42,909 nucleotides of DNA, from NCBI GenBank assembly GCA_018384465.1, contig JAHAYQ010000125.1, positions 1 to 42,909 of the forward strand. Direction: 5' to 3'. Source of the DNA: Myroides sp. (GTDB lineage: Bacteria; Bacteroidota; Bacteroidia; Flavobacteriales; Flavobacteriaceae). Numbering within the stretch: position 1 is the stretch's first letter; each line of letters begins with the position of its first letter. Position numbers and translations under genes: made by a program. This document shows positions 9,533 through 19,899 of this stretch, in pieces. The notes under the pieces were generated by a model. That model saw only the letters and a program-made list of their open reading frames with translations, searched no databases and was not told where the DNA came from.

Positions 9533-9838
9533 ATGAAAAAACAAAGAAAAAAAGTTTTGATGGCAGTCGTTGCAATGCTATCAGGAATGGGTGCATTCGC
9601 ACAAGGAAACGGTACAGCAGGTATTACCGAAGCTACCCAAATGGTCACCTCTTATTTCGATCCTGCAACTCAATTAATTTATGCCATCGGTGCCGTTGTT
9701 GGGCTAATTGGAGGTGTTAAGGTGTACAACAAATTTAGTTCGGGCGACCCAGACACAAGTAAAACGGCAGCAAGCTGGTTTGGTGCCTGTATCTTCCTGA
9801 TCGTAGCGGCTACCATCCTCCGTTCATTCTTCCTGTAA
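9533..9838 (+). CDS. traE: TraE (DUF4134, VirB2-like pilin)
   Basis: AQGNGTAGITEATQMVTSYFDP...WFGACIFLIV. Confidence 0.92.
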   Translation: MKKQRKKVLMAVVAMLSGMGAFAQGNGTAGITEATQMVTSYFDPATQLIYAIGAVVGLIGGVKVYNKFSSGDPDTSKTAASWFGACIFLIVAATILRSFFL

Positions 9839-9849
9839 TCCTTTGTCCT

Positions 9850-10182
9850 ATGAGTATTTATAACATCAATAAAGGGATTGGAAGAACAGTAGAGTTTAAA
9901 GGACTGAAAGCCCAATATCTGTTCATTTTCTCAGGTGGATTGCTTGGTACACTCATCTTCGTGATGATATTGTATATGGCTGGTGTCAATTCCTACATCT
10001 GCTTGTTTCTGGGAGCAAGTGGTGCATCACTGATCATCTGGCAAACCTTTTCATTGAACAGGAAATACGGCGAACACGGATTAATGAAAGTGGGCGCAAG
10101 AAAAAGGCATCCTCGCTACATCATCTGTCGCAAGCCGGTACACCGCTATTTAAAATTCACTCCTAAATCAAATGCCGTATGA
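9850..10182 (+). CDS. traF: TraF (DUF4133, VirB3-like)
   Basis: YNINKGIGRTVEFKGLKAQYL...KYGEHGLMK. Confidence 0.92.
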   Translation: MSIYNINKGIGRTVEFKGLKAQYLFIFSGGLLGTLIFVMILYMAGVNSYICLFLGASGASLIIWQTFSLNRKYGEHGLMKVGARKRHPRYIICRKPVHRYLKFTPKSNAV

Positions 10183-12683
10183 GAAATGTATCAAAAACGA
10201 CCACATTGGAAAATAAATTTCCTTTACTGGCTGTAGAAAACAATTGCATTCTTTCCAAAGATGCAGACATTACTGCCTGTTTTGAAGTGCGTTTACCTGA
10301 ACTGTTCACGGTAGCTTCTGCGGAATATGAAGCGATTCATTCCGCTTGGCATAAAGCAATCAAAACCTTGCCAGATTTTACGGTTATCCACAAACAGGAT
10401 TGGTACATCAAAGAGAACTACGCACCTGATTTGGCAAAGGAAGATCAAAGTTTTTTGGCTAAATCCTATCAACGCCATTTCAACGAGCGACCGTTTCTAA
10501 ATCATTATTGCTATCTGTTCCTGACCAAAACCACCAAAGATCGGATGCGGATGCAAAGTAACTTTTCTTCGCTTTGCAAAGGTACGCTGATACCAAAGGA
10601 AATCAGGGATAAGGAAGCCATCCACCATTTTATGGAAACCGTGGCGCAGTTTGAGCGTATTGTGAACGATAGCGGTTTTGTAAGCCTAAAACGTCTGAGC
10701 GAAGATGACATTATCGGCACGGATGAAAAACAGGGTTTGTTAGAACAATACCTTACGCTTTCCAGAGAAACTGGTACACCGATGCAGGACATTGCGCTTG
10801 GGGCTGAAGAAGTCCGTATCGGAAACAAAAGATTGAGCTTGCACACCTTGTCCGATACAGATGACTTGCCTACAGCGGTTTCAGCAGATACTCGTTTTGA
10901 GAAACTATCGACCGATCGAAGTGACTGCCGTTTATCGTTTGCTGCACCTGTGGGATTGCTGTTAAGCTGTAATCATATTTACAACCAATATTTATTTTTG
11001 GATAACAGCGAAGCTAATCTGCAAAAGTTTGAGAAGTCTGCACGGAATATGCACTCACTGGCTCGGTACAGTCGTGCCAATCAAATCAACAAAGAATGGA
11101 TCGAAAAGTATCTGAACGAAGCACATTCGTTTGGACTTTCTTCTATTCGGGCGCATTTCAACATTATGGCTTGGTCGGAAGATCCAGCAGAGCTTAAACA
11201 ATTAAAAAATGATTGTGGTAGTGCATTAGCATTAATGGAATGCAAACCCCGTCATAATACCACCGACGTAGCTACGCTATACTGGGCAGGAATGCCGGGC
11301 AATGCTGCTGATTTTCCAAGTGAGGAAAGTTTTTACACGTTCATTGAGCCTGCTTTGTGTTTGTTTACCGAAGAAACCAATTACCATAATTCGCCCTCGC
11401 CATTTGGTATCAAGATGGCGGATCGTTTAACTGGAAAGCCTATCCATTTGGACATTTCGGATTTACCAATGAAACGTGGGATTATCACCAATCGGAACAA
11501 ATTTATATTGGGTCCTTCAGGTTCAGGAAAATCGTTCTTCACTAACCACATGGTACGTCAATATTATGAGCAAGGTGCACACGTGTTACTTGTGGATACA
11601 GGAAATTCTTATCAAGGATTGTGCGAGTTGATTAAAGGAAAAACCAAAGGCGAAGACGGCGTGTATTTCACCTACACCGAAGATAATCCGATTGCTTTTA
11701 ATCCTTTCTACACCGATGATGGTGTATTCGATATTGAGAAAAGGGAAAGTGTCAAAACGCTCATCTTGACTTTATGGAAGCGTGATGATGAACCACCAAC
11801 TCGTTCGGAAGAAGTAGCATTGTCCAATGCTGTAAGTGGTTACATCGACCGTATTAAACAGCACAGCGAATTTCCTTCTTTCAATGGGTTTTATGAATAT
11901 GTAAAAGGAGATTACCGCAAAGTATTGGAAGAAAAACAAGTTCGTGAGAAAGACTTTGACATTGCCAATTTCCTTAACGTACTCGAACCTTATTACAAAG
12001 GAGGCGAATATGATTACTTATTGAACTCCAATAAGCAACTCGACCTGCTTTCCAAACGCTTTATTGTTTTCGAAATTGATGCGATAAAGGATCACAAAAT
12101 TTTATTTCCCATTGTGACCATCATCATTATGGAGGTTTTTATCAACAAGATGCGCAGGCTCAAAGGTATCCGAAAACTCATCCTGATCGAAGAAGCTTGG
12201 AAAGCTATTGCCAAAGAAGGTATGGCGGAATACATAAAATATTTGTTTAAAACCGTTAGGAAGTTCTTTGGTGAAGCCATTGTGGTAACTCAAGAAGTGG
12301 ATGACATCATCCAATCGCCCATCGTCAAAGAAAGTATCATCAACAATTCCGACTGTAAAATCCTGCTCGATCAGCGCAAGTACATGAACAAGTTTGATGA
12401 GATACAAGCCATGCTGGGGCTAACCGACAAAGAAAAAGCACAAGTCCTTTCCATCAATATGAACAACGATCCTTCTCGACTTTACAAAGAAGTATGGATT
12501 GGGTTGGGCGGTACACACTCTGCGGTATATGCCACAGAAGTTAGTCTGGAGGAATATTTTGCCTACACCACCGAAGAAACCGAAAAAATGGAAGTGATGC
12601 AGCTAGCCTCTGAACTGGGCGGTAACGTAGAACTCGCCATTAAACGTATCGCCATGCAAAGGCGAGAGAAATCAAATCAATAA
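10179..12683 (+). CDS. traG: TraG conjugation ATPase (VirB4-like)
   Basis: Walker A GPSGSGKS, IEEAWKAI, 834 aa. Confidence 0.96.
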   Translation: MRNVSKTTTLENKFPLLAVENNCILSKDADITACFEVRLPELFTVASAEYEAIHSAWHKAIKTLPDFTVIHKQDWYIKENYAPDLAKEDQSFLAKSYQRHFNERPFLNHYCYLFLTKTTKDRMRMQSNFSSLCKGTLIPKEIRDKEAIHHFMETVAQFERIVNDSGFVSLKRLSEDDIIGTDEKQGLLEQYLTLSRETGTPMQDIALGAEEVRIGNKRLSLHTLSDTDDLPTAVSADTRFEKLSTDRSDCRLSFAAPVGLLLSCNHIYNQYLFLDNSEANLQKFEKSARNMHSLARYSRANQINKEWIEKYLNEAHSFGLSSIRAHFNIMAWSEDPAELKQLKNDCGSALALMECKPRHNTTDVATLYWAGMPGNAADFPSEESFYTFIEPALCLFTEETNYHNSPSPFGIKMADRLTGKPIHLDISDLPMKRGIITNRNKFILGPSGSGKSFFTNHMVRQYYEQGAHVLLVDTGNSYQGLCELIKGKTKGEDGVYFTYTEDNPIAFNPFYTDDGVFDIEKRESVKTLILTLWKRDDEPPTRSEEVALSNAVSGYIDRIKQHSEFPSFNGFYEYVKGDYRKVLEEKQVREKDFDIANFLNVLEPYYKGGEYDYLLNSNKQLDLLSKRFIVFEIDAIKDHKILFPIVTIIIMEVFINKMRRLKGIRKLILIEEAWKAIAKEGMAEYIKYLFKTVRKFFGEAIVVTQEVDDIIQSPIVKESIINNSDCKILLDQRKYMNKFDEIQAMLGLTDKEKAQVLSINMNNDPSRLYKEVWIGLGGTHSAVYATEVSLEEYFAYTTEETEKMEVMQLASELGGNVELAIKRIAMQRREKSNQ

Positions 12684-12703
12684 CAGTTTAAAAATTATCA
12701 AAA

Positions 12704-13336
12704 ATGAAAAAAATCATGTATTTGGTGTGTACGGCACTTATGCTTGCCGTAGCACCATCAGCGAAAGCGCAATTTGTAGTTACCGATCCAGTAAATTTGG
12801 CATCGGGTATCCTGAACAGCGCCAATGAAATCATACAGACTTCATCCACGGTATCCAATGTCGTTAAAAACTTCAAAGAGGTGGAAAAGATGTACAACCA
12901 GGGTAAAGAATATTACGACAAACTACAGGCGGTAAACAATCTGGTGAAAGACGCCCGTAAGGTGCAGCAGACCGTATTACTTGTCGGTGATGTGTCCGAA
13001 ATGTACGTTCAGAATTTCGGTAAGATGATGAATGACCCAAACTTTTCTGCACAGGAATTGGCTGCGATTGCTAACGGTTATTCGGCATTGCTGAATGAAA
13101 GTACGGAGTTACTGAAAGAACTCAAACAGATCGTAAGCTCATCTAGCCTATCGCTAAATGATAAAGAGCGTATGGATATTATTGATAAAGTGTATAACGA
13201 AGTAAAAGAATACCACAGTCTGGTACGCTACTACACCAATAAGAATATCTCCGTCAGCATTCTAAGAGCAAAGAAACAGAACAATACCCAAAGGGTACTT
13301 GAGCTGTACGGCACTTCCAATCAAAAATACTGGTAG
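12704..13336 (+). CDS. traI: TraI (DUF4141)
   Basis: Signal peptide, AQFVVTDP motif, position between traG and traJ. Confidence 0.85.
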   Translation: MKKIMYLVCTALMLAVAPSAKAQFVVTDPVNLASGILNSANEIIQTSSTVSNVVKNFKEVEKMYNQGKEYYDKLQAVNNLVKDARKVQQTVLLVGDVSEMYVQNFGKMMNDPNFSAQELAAIANGYSALLNESTELLKELKQIVSSSSLSLNDKERMDIIDKVYNEVKEYHSLVRYYTNKNISVSILRAKKQNNTQRVLELYGTSNQKYW

Positions 13337-13338
13337 TT

Positions 13339-14334
13339 ATGGAATTTCAAAATCTTCACGAAGTACTACGTTCCCTGTATGACGAGATGATGCCACTGTC
13401 CGCCGATATGGCGGCAGTGGCTAAAGGAGTCGCAGGATTGGGTGCTTTGTTCTATGTCGCCATCAAAGTATGGCAGGCACTCAGTCGAGCAGAACCAATC
13501 GACATGTACCCGTTACTTCGCCCGTTTGCTTTGGGACTTTGCATCATGTTTTTTCCAACCATGGTTTTGGGAACCATCAATGCGGTATTAAGCCCTGTGG
13601 TACAAGGTACGCACGCTATTCTCGAAAATCAGGTGCTTGATCTAAATGATTTGCAGGTAAAAAAAGACTTATTGGAACGAGAAGCGATGTTGCGAGATCC
13701 CGAAACTGCTTATTTGGTGAGTGATGAAGTGTTTGATAAAAAACTCGAAGAATTGGGTTGGTCGCCTTCCGATTTGGTTACGATGTCGGGCATGTACCTA
13801 GAACGTGGTATGTACAGTATGGAAAAAAGTGTCAAGGATTGGTTTCGCAATTTGTTAGAAATATTGTTTCAAGCGGCTGCATTAGTCGTTGACACCATAC
13901 GAACGTTTTTTTTGATTGTACTATCCATACTCGGTCCCATCGCTTTTGCAATATCGGTATGGGATGGTTTTCAATCGACACTCACGCAATGGCTCACCCG
14001 ATACATCAGTGTTTATTTATGGTTGCCAGTCGCTGATCTGTTCAGCGCGATGCTTGCCAAGATACAATCCCTCATCATCGAAAAAGATATTGAGATGCTT
14101 GCCGATCCGACTTTCATTCCCGACACCTCAAATACGGTTTACGTCATTTTTATGATTATCGGCATCGTGGGATACTTTACCATTCCGACGGTAACAGGTT
14201 GGGTTATCCAAGCCGGAGGTGCAGGAAACTTTACCCGCAACGTAAATCAAGCGGCTATGAAAGCAGGAAATGTCGCAAGTGCGGGCGCAGGTTCAGCTGC
14301 TGGCAACATTGGAGGTCAGCTTCTAAAAAAATAA
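13339..14334 (+). CDS. traJ: TraJ (VirB6-like membrane protein)
   Basis: LHEVLRSLYDEMMPL, AEPIDMYPLLRPF, multiple TM segments. Confidence 0.93.
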   Translation: MEFQNLHEVLRSLYDEMMPLSADMAAVAKGVAGLGALFYVAIKVWQALSRAEPIDMYPLLRPFALGLCIMFFPTMVLGTINAVLSPVVQGTHAILENQVLDLNDLQVKKDLLEREAMLRDPETAYLVSDEVFDKKLEELGWSPSDLVTMSGMYLERGMYSMEKSVKDWFRNLLEILFQAAALVVDTIRTFFLIVLSILGPIAFAISVWDGFQSTLTQWLTRYISVYLWLPVADLFSAMLAKIQSLIIEKDIEMLADPTFIPDTSNTVYVIFMIIGIVGYFTIPTVTGWVIQAGGAGNFTRNVNQAAMKAGNVASAGAGSAAGNIGGQLLKK

Positions 14335-14360
14335 GGTATAACAACTAATCATTCAAGAAA

Positions 14361-14984
14361 ATGGAATTTAAAACATTAAGAAATATTGAAAACAGTTTTC
14401 GCCAAATCAGGCTGTACGCCCTTGTATTTGCCGTACTCTGCATAAGTGTTGTAGGATTTTCCGTGTGGAAATCCTACCGCTTTGCGGAGCAACAGCGAGA
14501 AAAAGTATATGTCTTGGACAATGGAAAATCATTGATGTTGGCTTTAGCACAAGATGCAAGTATCAACCGACCTGTGGAAGCAAGGGAACACGTCAAGCGC
14601 TTTCACGAACTCTTTTTCACTTTAGCACCCGATAAAAATGCCATTGAAAGCAACATGAAACGAGCTTTCAACCTTGCGGACAAATCGGCATTTGACTATT
14701 ACAAAGACCTTTCGGAAAAAGGGTATTACAGCCGTATCATATCCGGAAACGTACAGCAACGCATCGAAGTGGATAGTGTGGTTTGCAATTTTGATACCTA
14801 TCCGTATTCGGTACGTGCCTACGCCAAACAATTCATTATCCGTTCGAGCAATGTAACCAGACGAAACCTGATTACTTCCTGCTATCTAGTCAACTCCGTC
14901 CGTTCCGACAACAATCCACAGGGGTTCAATATCGAAAAATTTGCGGTGCTTGAAAACAAGGATATCGAAGTGATTGAACGCTAA
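14361..14984 (+). CDS. traK: TraK (VirB8-like)
   Basis: MEFKTLRNIENSF...RSDNNPQGF. Confidence 0.94.
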   Translation: MEFKTLRNIENSFRQIRLYALVFAVLCISVVGFSVWKSYRFAEQQREKVYVLDNGKSLMLALAQDASINRPVEAREHVKRFHELFFTLAPDKNAIESNMKRAFNLADKSAFDYYKDLSEKGYYSRIISGNVQQRIEVDSVVCNFDTYPYSVRAYAKQFIIRSSNVTRRNLITSCYLVNSVRSDNNPQGFNIEKFAVLENKDIEVIER

Positions 14985-14994
14985 AATTTCGGGT

Positions 14995-15282
14995 ATGAAA
15001 AAATTAAGAGCAAATATGGACAGGTATTTTGACAAGCTGGACAATCGTTGGCGGAGGTTACCGCTACGCAAACAGTACCAATACACCTTGTATTTCTTCA
15101 CGGCGTATTTACTGCTTACCGTAGGTGTCGTTTTCAAAGTATGGTACGATACAGCAAAATCCCGTAACGATATGCACATCCAGCATATCGAAAACCCTAT
15201 TCTCAAGAAGAACGAAAGCCCTGCAAGATTGCAGGACACCTTAACAACAATTTTTAAAAACAAGTTATATGAAAGAAAATGA
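14995..15282 (+). CDS. traL: TraL-position small membrane protein
   Basis: Single TM, QHIENP motif, between traK and traM; ATG at 14995 preferred. Confidence 0.7.
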   Translation: MKKLRANMDRYFDKLDNRWRRLPLRKQYQYTLYFFTAYLLLTVGVVFKVWYDTAKSRNDMHIQHIENPILKKNESPARLQDTLTTIFKNKLYERK

Positions 15283-16606
15283 GAACAAAAAGTCGGTTGT
15301 TCGGGTAACCGAGGGGAATCCGAAAGATATCGCCGATGTACTGCAAGACAGTACACAGAACAAAATGGACAAACTTAAAAAACCGCTCATCTTTGGTTTA
15401 ATGAGTGTGGTTTTCTTGGGTTGTATGTACCTCATATTTAAACCATCCAAAGGTTTGAAGGAAATCGAAAACATTGGTTTGAACGATGCTGTCCCCCAAG
15501 CAACGGGTGCAGGAATGCCTGCTGACAAAGGCAAAGCGTACGAATTAGAAATGTTGGAACGTAAAGATCAGGAAAAGCGTAATGCTTTAACTACGCTTTC
15601 GGATTATTGGAGTACCGAAGACAAGGACGAGTCGATTGACGAATTTTCCGACGAAGACGAAAGCTACGATTATGGCGGTGGTGGCAGAAATTCAGGAAGA
15701 GCTGGCAATCCTGCATTAAGTAGTTACCGAAATATGCAAAGTACACTGGGTTCTTTTTATCAAGATGACAACTCGGAAACGATGGAACTCCGTAAACAAG
15801 TGGACGAATTAAAAGAGCAATTAGCGGAAAAAGATGTACCACTTGTTCCAACATTAGATGACCAGCTTTCCCTCATGGAGAAATCCTACCAAATGGCAGC
15901 GAAGTATTTGCCAACCGGAACAAATTCGACGGAAGTTACCCCTGCTAAAAGTATTGCTCCAGTGACAACGGGTTCAACACAAAAAGAACAATTTGTATCC
16001 TTTACCTCATCAAGAAAGAACACCGTTTCAGCTTTGTATCGTGAGCCTACAGACAGTGCTTTTCTAGCCGATTGGAACGAAACCAGAAATCGAGGTTTCT
16101 ATACCGCTGGTTCAACCCAGCAAATCGTACAACCAAAAAACAGCATCAAAGCCTGCGTACACGATGAACAGACGGTTGTTGGTGAAACAGGCGTTCGTTT
16201 GCGTTTACTGGAAGCTGCACAAACACCTAATCGCACCATTCCAAAAGGAACAATCGTAACCGCTAATGCCAAATTTCAAACAGGCCGGTTACAGCTAAAA
16301 ATTACTTCCATAGAATTGGAAGGCAACATCATTCCAGTGGATATCACCATTTACGATCTGGATGGACAGCAAGGTTTGTACGTACCGTATTCACCAGAAA
16401 TGAATGCGCTGACCGAAATGGCAGGTAATATGAGCCAGAATACGGGAACAAGCGTAATGCTTACGCAATCGGCAGGACAGCAAGTAGCCGCTGATTTGAG
16501 CCGTGGCGTGGTACAGGGGATTTCGGGCTATTTCGCCAAAAAAGTAAAAACACCAAAAGTGACCCTAAAAGCAGGACATCAAGTATTCCTGGTTACTAAA
16601 AAATAA
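15269..16606 (+). CDS. traM: TraM (VirB10-like)
   Basis: N-terminal TM, MEKSYQMAAKY, RLRLLE, YDLDGQQGLYVP. Confidence 0.94.
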   Translation: MKENENKKSVVRVTEGNPKDIADVLQDSTQNKMDKLKKPLIFGLMSVVFLGCMYLIFKPSKGLKEIENIGLNDAVPQATGAGMPADKGKAYELEMLERKDQEKRNALTTLSDYWSTEDKDESIDEFSDEDESYDYGGGGRNSGRAGNPALSSYRNMQSTLGSFYQDDNSETMELRKQVDELKEQLAEKDVPLVPTLDDQLSLMEKSYQMAAKYLPTGTNSTEVTPAKSIAPVTTGSTQKEQFVSFTSSRKNTVSALYREPTDSAFLADWNETRNRGFYTAGSTQQIVQPKNSIKACVHDEQTVVGETGVRLRLLEAAQTPNRTIPKGTIVTANAKFQTGRLQLKITSIELEGNIIPVDITIYDLDGQQGLYVPYSPEMNALTEMAGNMSQNTGTSVMLTQSAGQQVAADLSRGVVQGISGYFAKKVKTPKVTLKAGHQVFLVTKK

Positions 16607-16611
16607 TGTTC

Positions 16612-16698
16612 AACATAAAAATTTAAAAACGATGAAACCTGTTCCGTGCAACGGAACACGCTTCATCACAATTAACAATAAAATTAAAAACGATGAAA
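16612..16698 (+). repeat. Direct repeat of the traN translation-start region flanking a hairpin
   Basis: AAAWTTAAAAACGATGAAA twice, 61 bp apart; between them GATGAA-ACC-TGTTCCGT-GCA-ACGGAACA-CGC-TTCATC. Confidence 0.75.
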
Positions 16699-17586
16699 AA
16701 TCATTTAAAAACCTTTTGGGCAATCACCCTGATGATTGGCTTTGCCCTACCTTCTTTTGCACAGGACAACATAAGAACTCCACTTGCTTTGGGCAAGATA
16801 GAACCTTATCAAATGGAAGTTACCTACGATAAAACTTCGCATCTGATTTTCCCAACTGCCATTCGTTACGTCGATTTAGGAAGTGAATACCTCATCGCTG
16901 GAAAAGCAGAAGATGCCGAAAATGTGTTGCGTGTGAAAGCATCGGTTAGGGATTTTGAATCCGAAACCAATTTTTCGGTCATTACCAATGACGGACGTTT
17001 TTACAGTTTCAATGTGTATTACAGTGGGTATCCCAATGTGTTGAGCTATGATCTTTTGACCATGCAAAAGGCAGTGGACAAAACCAACGGAAACGATGTG
17101 CTTTTTGAAGAGTTAGGCAACAATTCGCCATCACTCGCAGGATTGTTATTAGAAACGATCTATAAAAACAACAAGCGCATTGTAAAACATATCGGGGCGA
17201 AAAGTTTCGGTATTCAGTTTATCCTGAAAGGAATCTACATCCACAACGGCAAATATTATTTCCATACGGAAGTAAAAAACCGTACCAACGTGCCTTTTCA
17301 GATTGATTTTATCAATTTCAAAGTAGTAGACAAAAAGATAGCTAAACGTACCGTGGTACAGGAACGTCCGATGATACCACTGAGAACTTATAAACCATTG
17401 GACGGTATTAATGGTAAATCGGCCGAACAAAACGTGTTTCTTTTAGACCAATTTACCATTGCTGATGACAAGGTGCTGCTGATTGAAATTTTCGAGAAAA
17501 ACGGTGGCAGACATCAAACGCTTCAGGTCGAAAATTCAGATTTAATCAAAGCTCGTTTGATTGACGATATGCACCTGAAATTTTAA
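16693..17586 (+). CDS. traN: TraN (VirB9-like, DUF4138)
   Basis: KTSHLIFPTAIRYVDLGS, EKNGGRH. Confidence 0.94.
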   Translation: MKNHLKTFWAITLMIGFALPSFAQDNIRTPLALGKIEPYQMEVTYDKTSHLIFPTAIRYVDLGSEYLIAGKAEDAENVLRVKASVRDFESETNFSVITNDGRFYSFNVYYSGYPNVLSYDLLTMQKAVDKTNGNDVLFEELGNNSPSLAGLLLETIYKNNKRIVKHIGAKSFGIQFILKGIYIHNGKYYFHTEVKNRTNVPFQIDFINFKVVDKKIAKRTVVQERPMIPLRTYKPLDGINGKSAEQNVFLLDQFTIADDKVLLIEIFEKNGGRHQTLQVENSDLIKARLIDDMHLKF

Positions 17587-17606
17587 TAACCTTTTAAATT
17601 ATAACG

Positions 17607-18167
17607 ATGAAAAAATATATCTATACCGTGATGCTCGTTTTGCTGGGCATCACGGTTACACAAGCACAAAGAATGTTGCCCAAACAGAAAGGATTGGAAG
17701 TAAATGTTGGCGTATTATCCAACGACAAGATTGGCAATGATTATTTCCTCAATATCGGAATGACCGTGAACGGTAAAAACGGCAATTACCAGCTTTGGGC
17801 GTTGGAATATACACACCAATACCACAACTACAAAGACCTCTATATACCGCAGGAAACTTATACTGCCGAAGGTGGTTATAGTTTCTTCCTATTGGGCGAT
17901 GCCCGTAAGAACATTACGCTGAATGCAGCAATTACAGGCGTAGTTGGTTATGAAAACATCAACCGTGGCGAAGCGATGTTATATGACGGAGCCAAGATTT
18001 TGAGTGAGGACAACTTCATTTACGGGGCAGGCGGACGATTGTCTTTTGAGACCTACTTGTCTGACCGATTTGTACTCGTCTTACAAGGTCGTACAAAAGT
18101 ATTATGGGGTACGGATCTACAACAATTCCGACCATCAGCTGGTCTAGGATTACGGTTTAACTTTTAA
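17607..18167 (+). CDS. traO: TraO outer-membrane beta-barrel
   Basis: AQRMLPKQKGLE, C-terminal GLRFNF. Confidence 0.92.
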   Translation: MKKYIYTVMLVLLGITVTQAQRMLPKQKGLEVNVGVLSNDKIGNDYFLNIGMTVNGKNGNYQLWALEYTHQYHNYKDLYIPQETYTAEGGYSFFLLGDARKNITLNAAITGVVGYENINRGEAMLYDGAKILSEDNFIYGAGGRLSFETYLSDRFVLVLQGRTKVLWGTDLQQFRPSAGLGLRFNF

Positions 18168-18176
18168 AATGTAAAA

Positions 18177-18629
18177 ATGATGATAGCAATATTTAATAAA
18201 TTCAGGACAGGATTAAGCCCGATATATACAATGCTGGCAATCCTCATAGCTTCGGTTACCTTGGTATCTTGCAATAAAGATGACGAACTGGAAATACAGA
18301 ATGATTTTCCTTTTGAAGTCAAAATAATGCCTGTACCAAAAGAGGTAACAAATGGTCAGACTATCGAGATCAGGATAACCATACAAAAAAGCGGTAATTA
18401 CCGTAATACACAATACTATCTGCGGTATTTTCAGTTTGACGGAAAAGGTATGCTTCGTTATTACGATGAACCTCCGTACCTGCCGAATGATTTATACCCA
18501 TTACCTTCGGAACAATTCCGGTTGTATTACACTTCGGCATCTACCGTATCACAATCTTTTGAGATTTGGATTTCGGATAGTTTTGGGAATGAAAAGCAAT
18601 TAAGCTTTGACTTTAACAGTAGTAATTAG
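18177..18629 (+). CDS. traQ: TraQ lipoprotein (DUF3872)
   Basis: Lipobox LVSC, RYFQFDGKG, PNDLYPL, FRLYYTS. Confidence 0.9.
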   Translation: MMIAIFNKFRTGLSPIYTMLAILIASVTLVSCNKDDELEIQNDFPFEVKIMPVPKEVTNGQTIEIRITIQKSGNYRNTQYYLRYFQFDGKGMLRYYDEPPYLPNDLYPLPSEQFRLYYTSASTVSQSFEIWISDSFGNEKQLSFDFNSSN

Positions 18630-18646
18630 AAATACTTGAATTAAAG

Positions 18647-18685
18647 AAAAACCGACCTGTATGCAATTATGCAGGTCGGTTTTTT
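18647..18685 (+). terminator. Intrinsic terminator of the tra operon (bidirectional form)
   Basis: AAAAACCGACCTGTAT...ATGCAGGTCGGTTTTTT. Confidence 0.85.
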
Positions 18686-18749
18686 GCTTTTCAACTTTCA
18701 GTGTATGAATGATTTTGTTTAAATTTACTTGAATTATAATTTTATAGGT

Positions 18750-19043
18750 ATGGATGCAGTTACTTCTCAATTGGTGCTGGGGATTATTCCTCTTATTGTT
18801 GGAATAGGTCTTGTCTATTGGATAAACCGCAGGAAATTTTATAGGCGTAATGCCGTAGGTGCTGAAGGATTTTCAAGTTTTGAATCATCCGTATTTATTC
18901 GTCTTATAGAGCGTATCGGTAAATGGTGTGCTTACGCTTTGATTATTATTGGAATTCTTTTTGTTTGGTCGTATTCGCAAATGAAAAAAGAGAAAGAAAA
19001 AAAACAATCTGAAGTAAAAACCGAACAGCCTGCACAACGTTAA
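18750..19043 (+). CDS. Small two-TM membrane protein of Bacteroidetes ICEs
   Basis: Two hydrophobic segments around INRRKFYRRN; ATG at 18750. Confidence 0.75.
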   Translation: MDAVTSQLVLGIIPLIVGIGLVYWINRRKFYRRNAVGAEGFSSFESSVFIRLIERIGKWCAYALIIIGILFVWSYSQMKKEKEKKQSEVKTEQPAQR

Positions 19044-19114
19044 TTTTTATTCTTCACAATAATTTTAAAATCGGATAACCTTTTGGATTATTCTATTTTT
19101 AGCAAAAGTAAACT

Positions 19115-19184
19115 GCCAAATACCGCCTTTCAAAGCCATCGGCTACAACATTTCAGAATGTCTTAAAATACCTTTATAAATTTA
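19115..19184 (+). promoter_or_regulatory. 4xGCC operator and -7 element upstream of the HTH pair
   Basis: GCCAAATACC GCCTTTCAAA GCCATCGGCT ACAAC, 27 bp, TAAATTTA. Confidence 0.62.
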
Positions 19185-19209
19185 ACTTCCACCGAAAAAA
19201 TGAGTAAAA

Positions 19210-19521
19210 ATGGAAGTGATTGCAATTCAGAAGTCCGCATTGGATGAAATGAAGAATGAGCTAAGGAAACTTTTGGAATTGACCGAAAATGCCTCAAGGA
19301 AATATACCCCAATTTTCAAAGAAGAGAAATGGTTGGATAACCAGGAAGTGTGTTTGATGATGAACATTACCAAACGGACATTACAGACTTATAAAGACAA
19401 AGGCTTATTGCCTTATTCCAAATTGAATCGTAAGAATTATTATAAACGCTCGGACGTACAAGTTTTGCTCGAAGCTGGTCAACCGTACAATACAAACAAC
19501 AATGGATTTACTGACAAATGA
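19210..19521 (+). CDS. Excisionase-like HTH_17 DNA-binding protein (Xis2c-like)
   Basis: WLDNQEVCLMMNITKRTLQTYKDKGLLPYS. Confidence 0.9.
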   Translation: MEVIAIQKSALDEMKNELRKLLELTENASRKYTPIFKEEKWLDNQEVCLMMNITKRTLQTYKDKGLLPYSKLNRKNYYKRSDVQVLLEAGQPYNTNNNGFTDK

Positions 19522-19801
19522 AGCGGAAGAAATCATCTCTCATCAGGAGTTGATCATGCAGTTAAAAAATCGTATCGAAGAAATATTGAACAACTACCGT
19601 CCTGTAATGAAAGGAGAAATATACCTATCTGGCGAAGATGTATGCGAACTGCTCCATATCAGCAAACGAACTTTACAGCAATACAGAGATGATAAAATCC
19701 TACCGTATATACAAATAGGGGGAAAGATCATCTACAAGGAAAGTGATATTCTGACAGTCTTGGAGCAGAACTACATATCCAATAATACCGACCATATATA
19801 A
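19502..19801 (+). CDS. Excisionase-like HTH_17 DNA-binding protein (Xis2d-like)
   Basis: YLSGEDVCELLHISKRTLQQYRDDKILPYIQIGGKIIY. Confidence 0.9.
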   Translation: MDLLTNEAEEIISHQELIMQLKNRIEEILNNYRPVMKGEIYLSGEDVCELLHISKRTLQQYRDDKILPYIQIGGKIIYKESDILTVLEQNYISNNTDHI

Positions 19802-19899
19802 CCAAATTTTATTCAGATTGTGTTTTCGTATCGGAACCTCTTTAGTATATTTGTAGGAACATATAGAAAAATCTTAAAGTGTTTTTACTTTAAGTCCCA

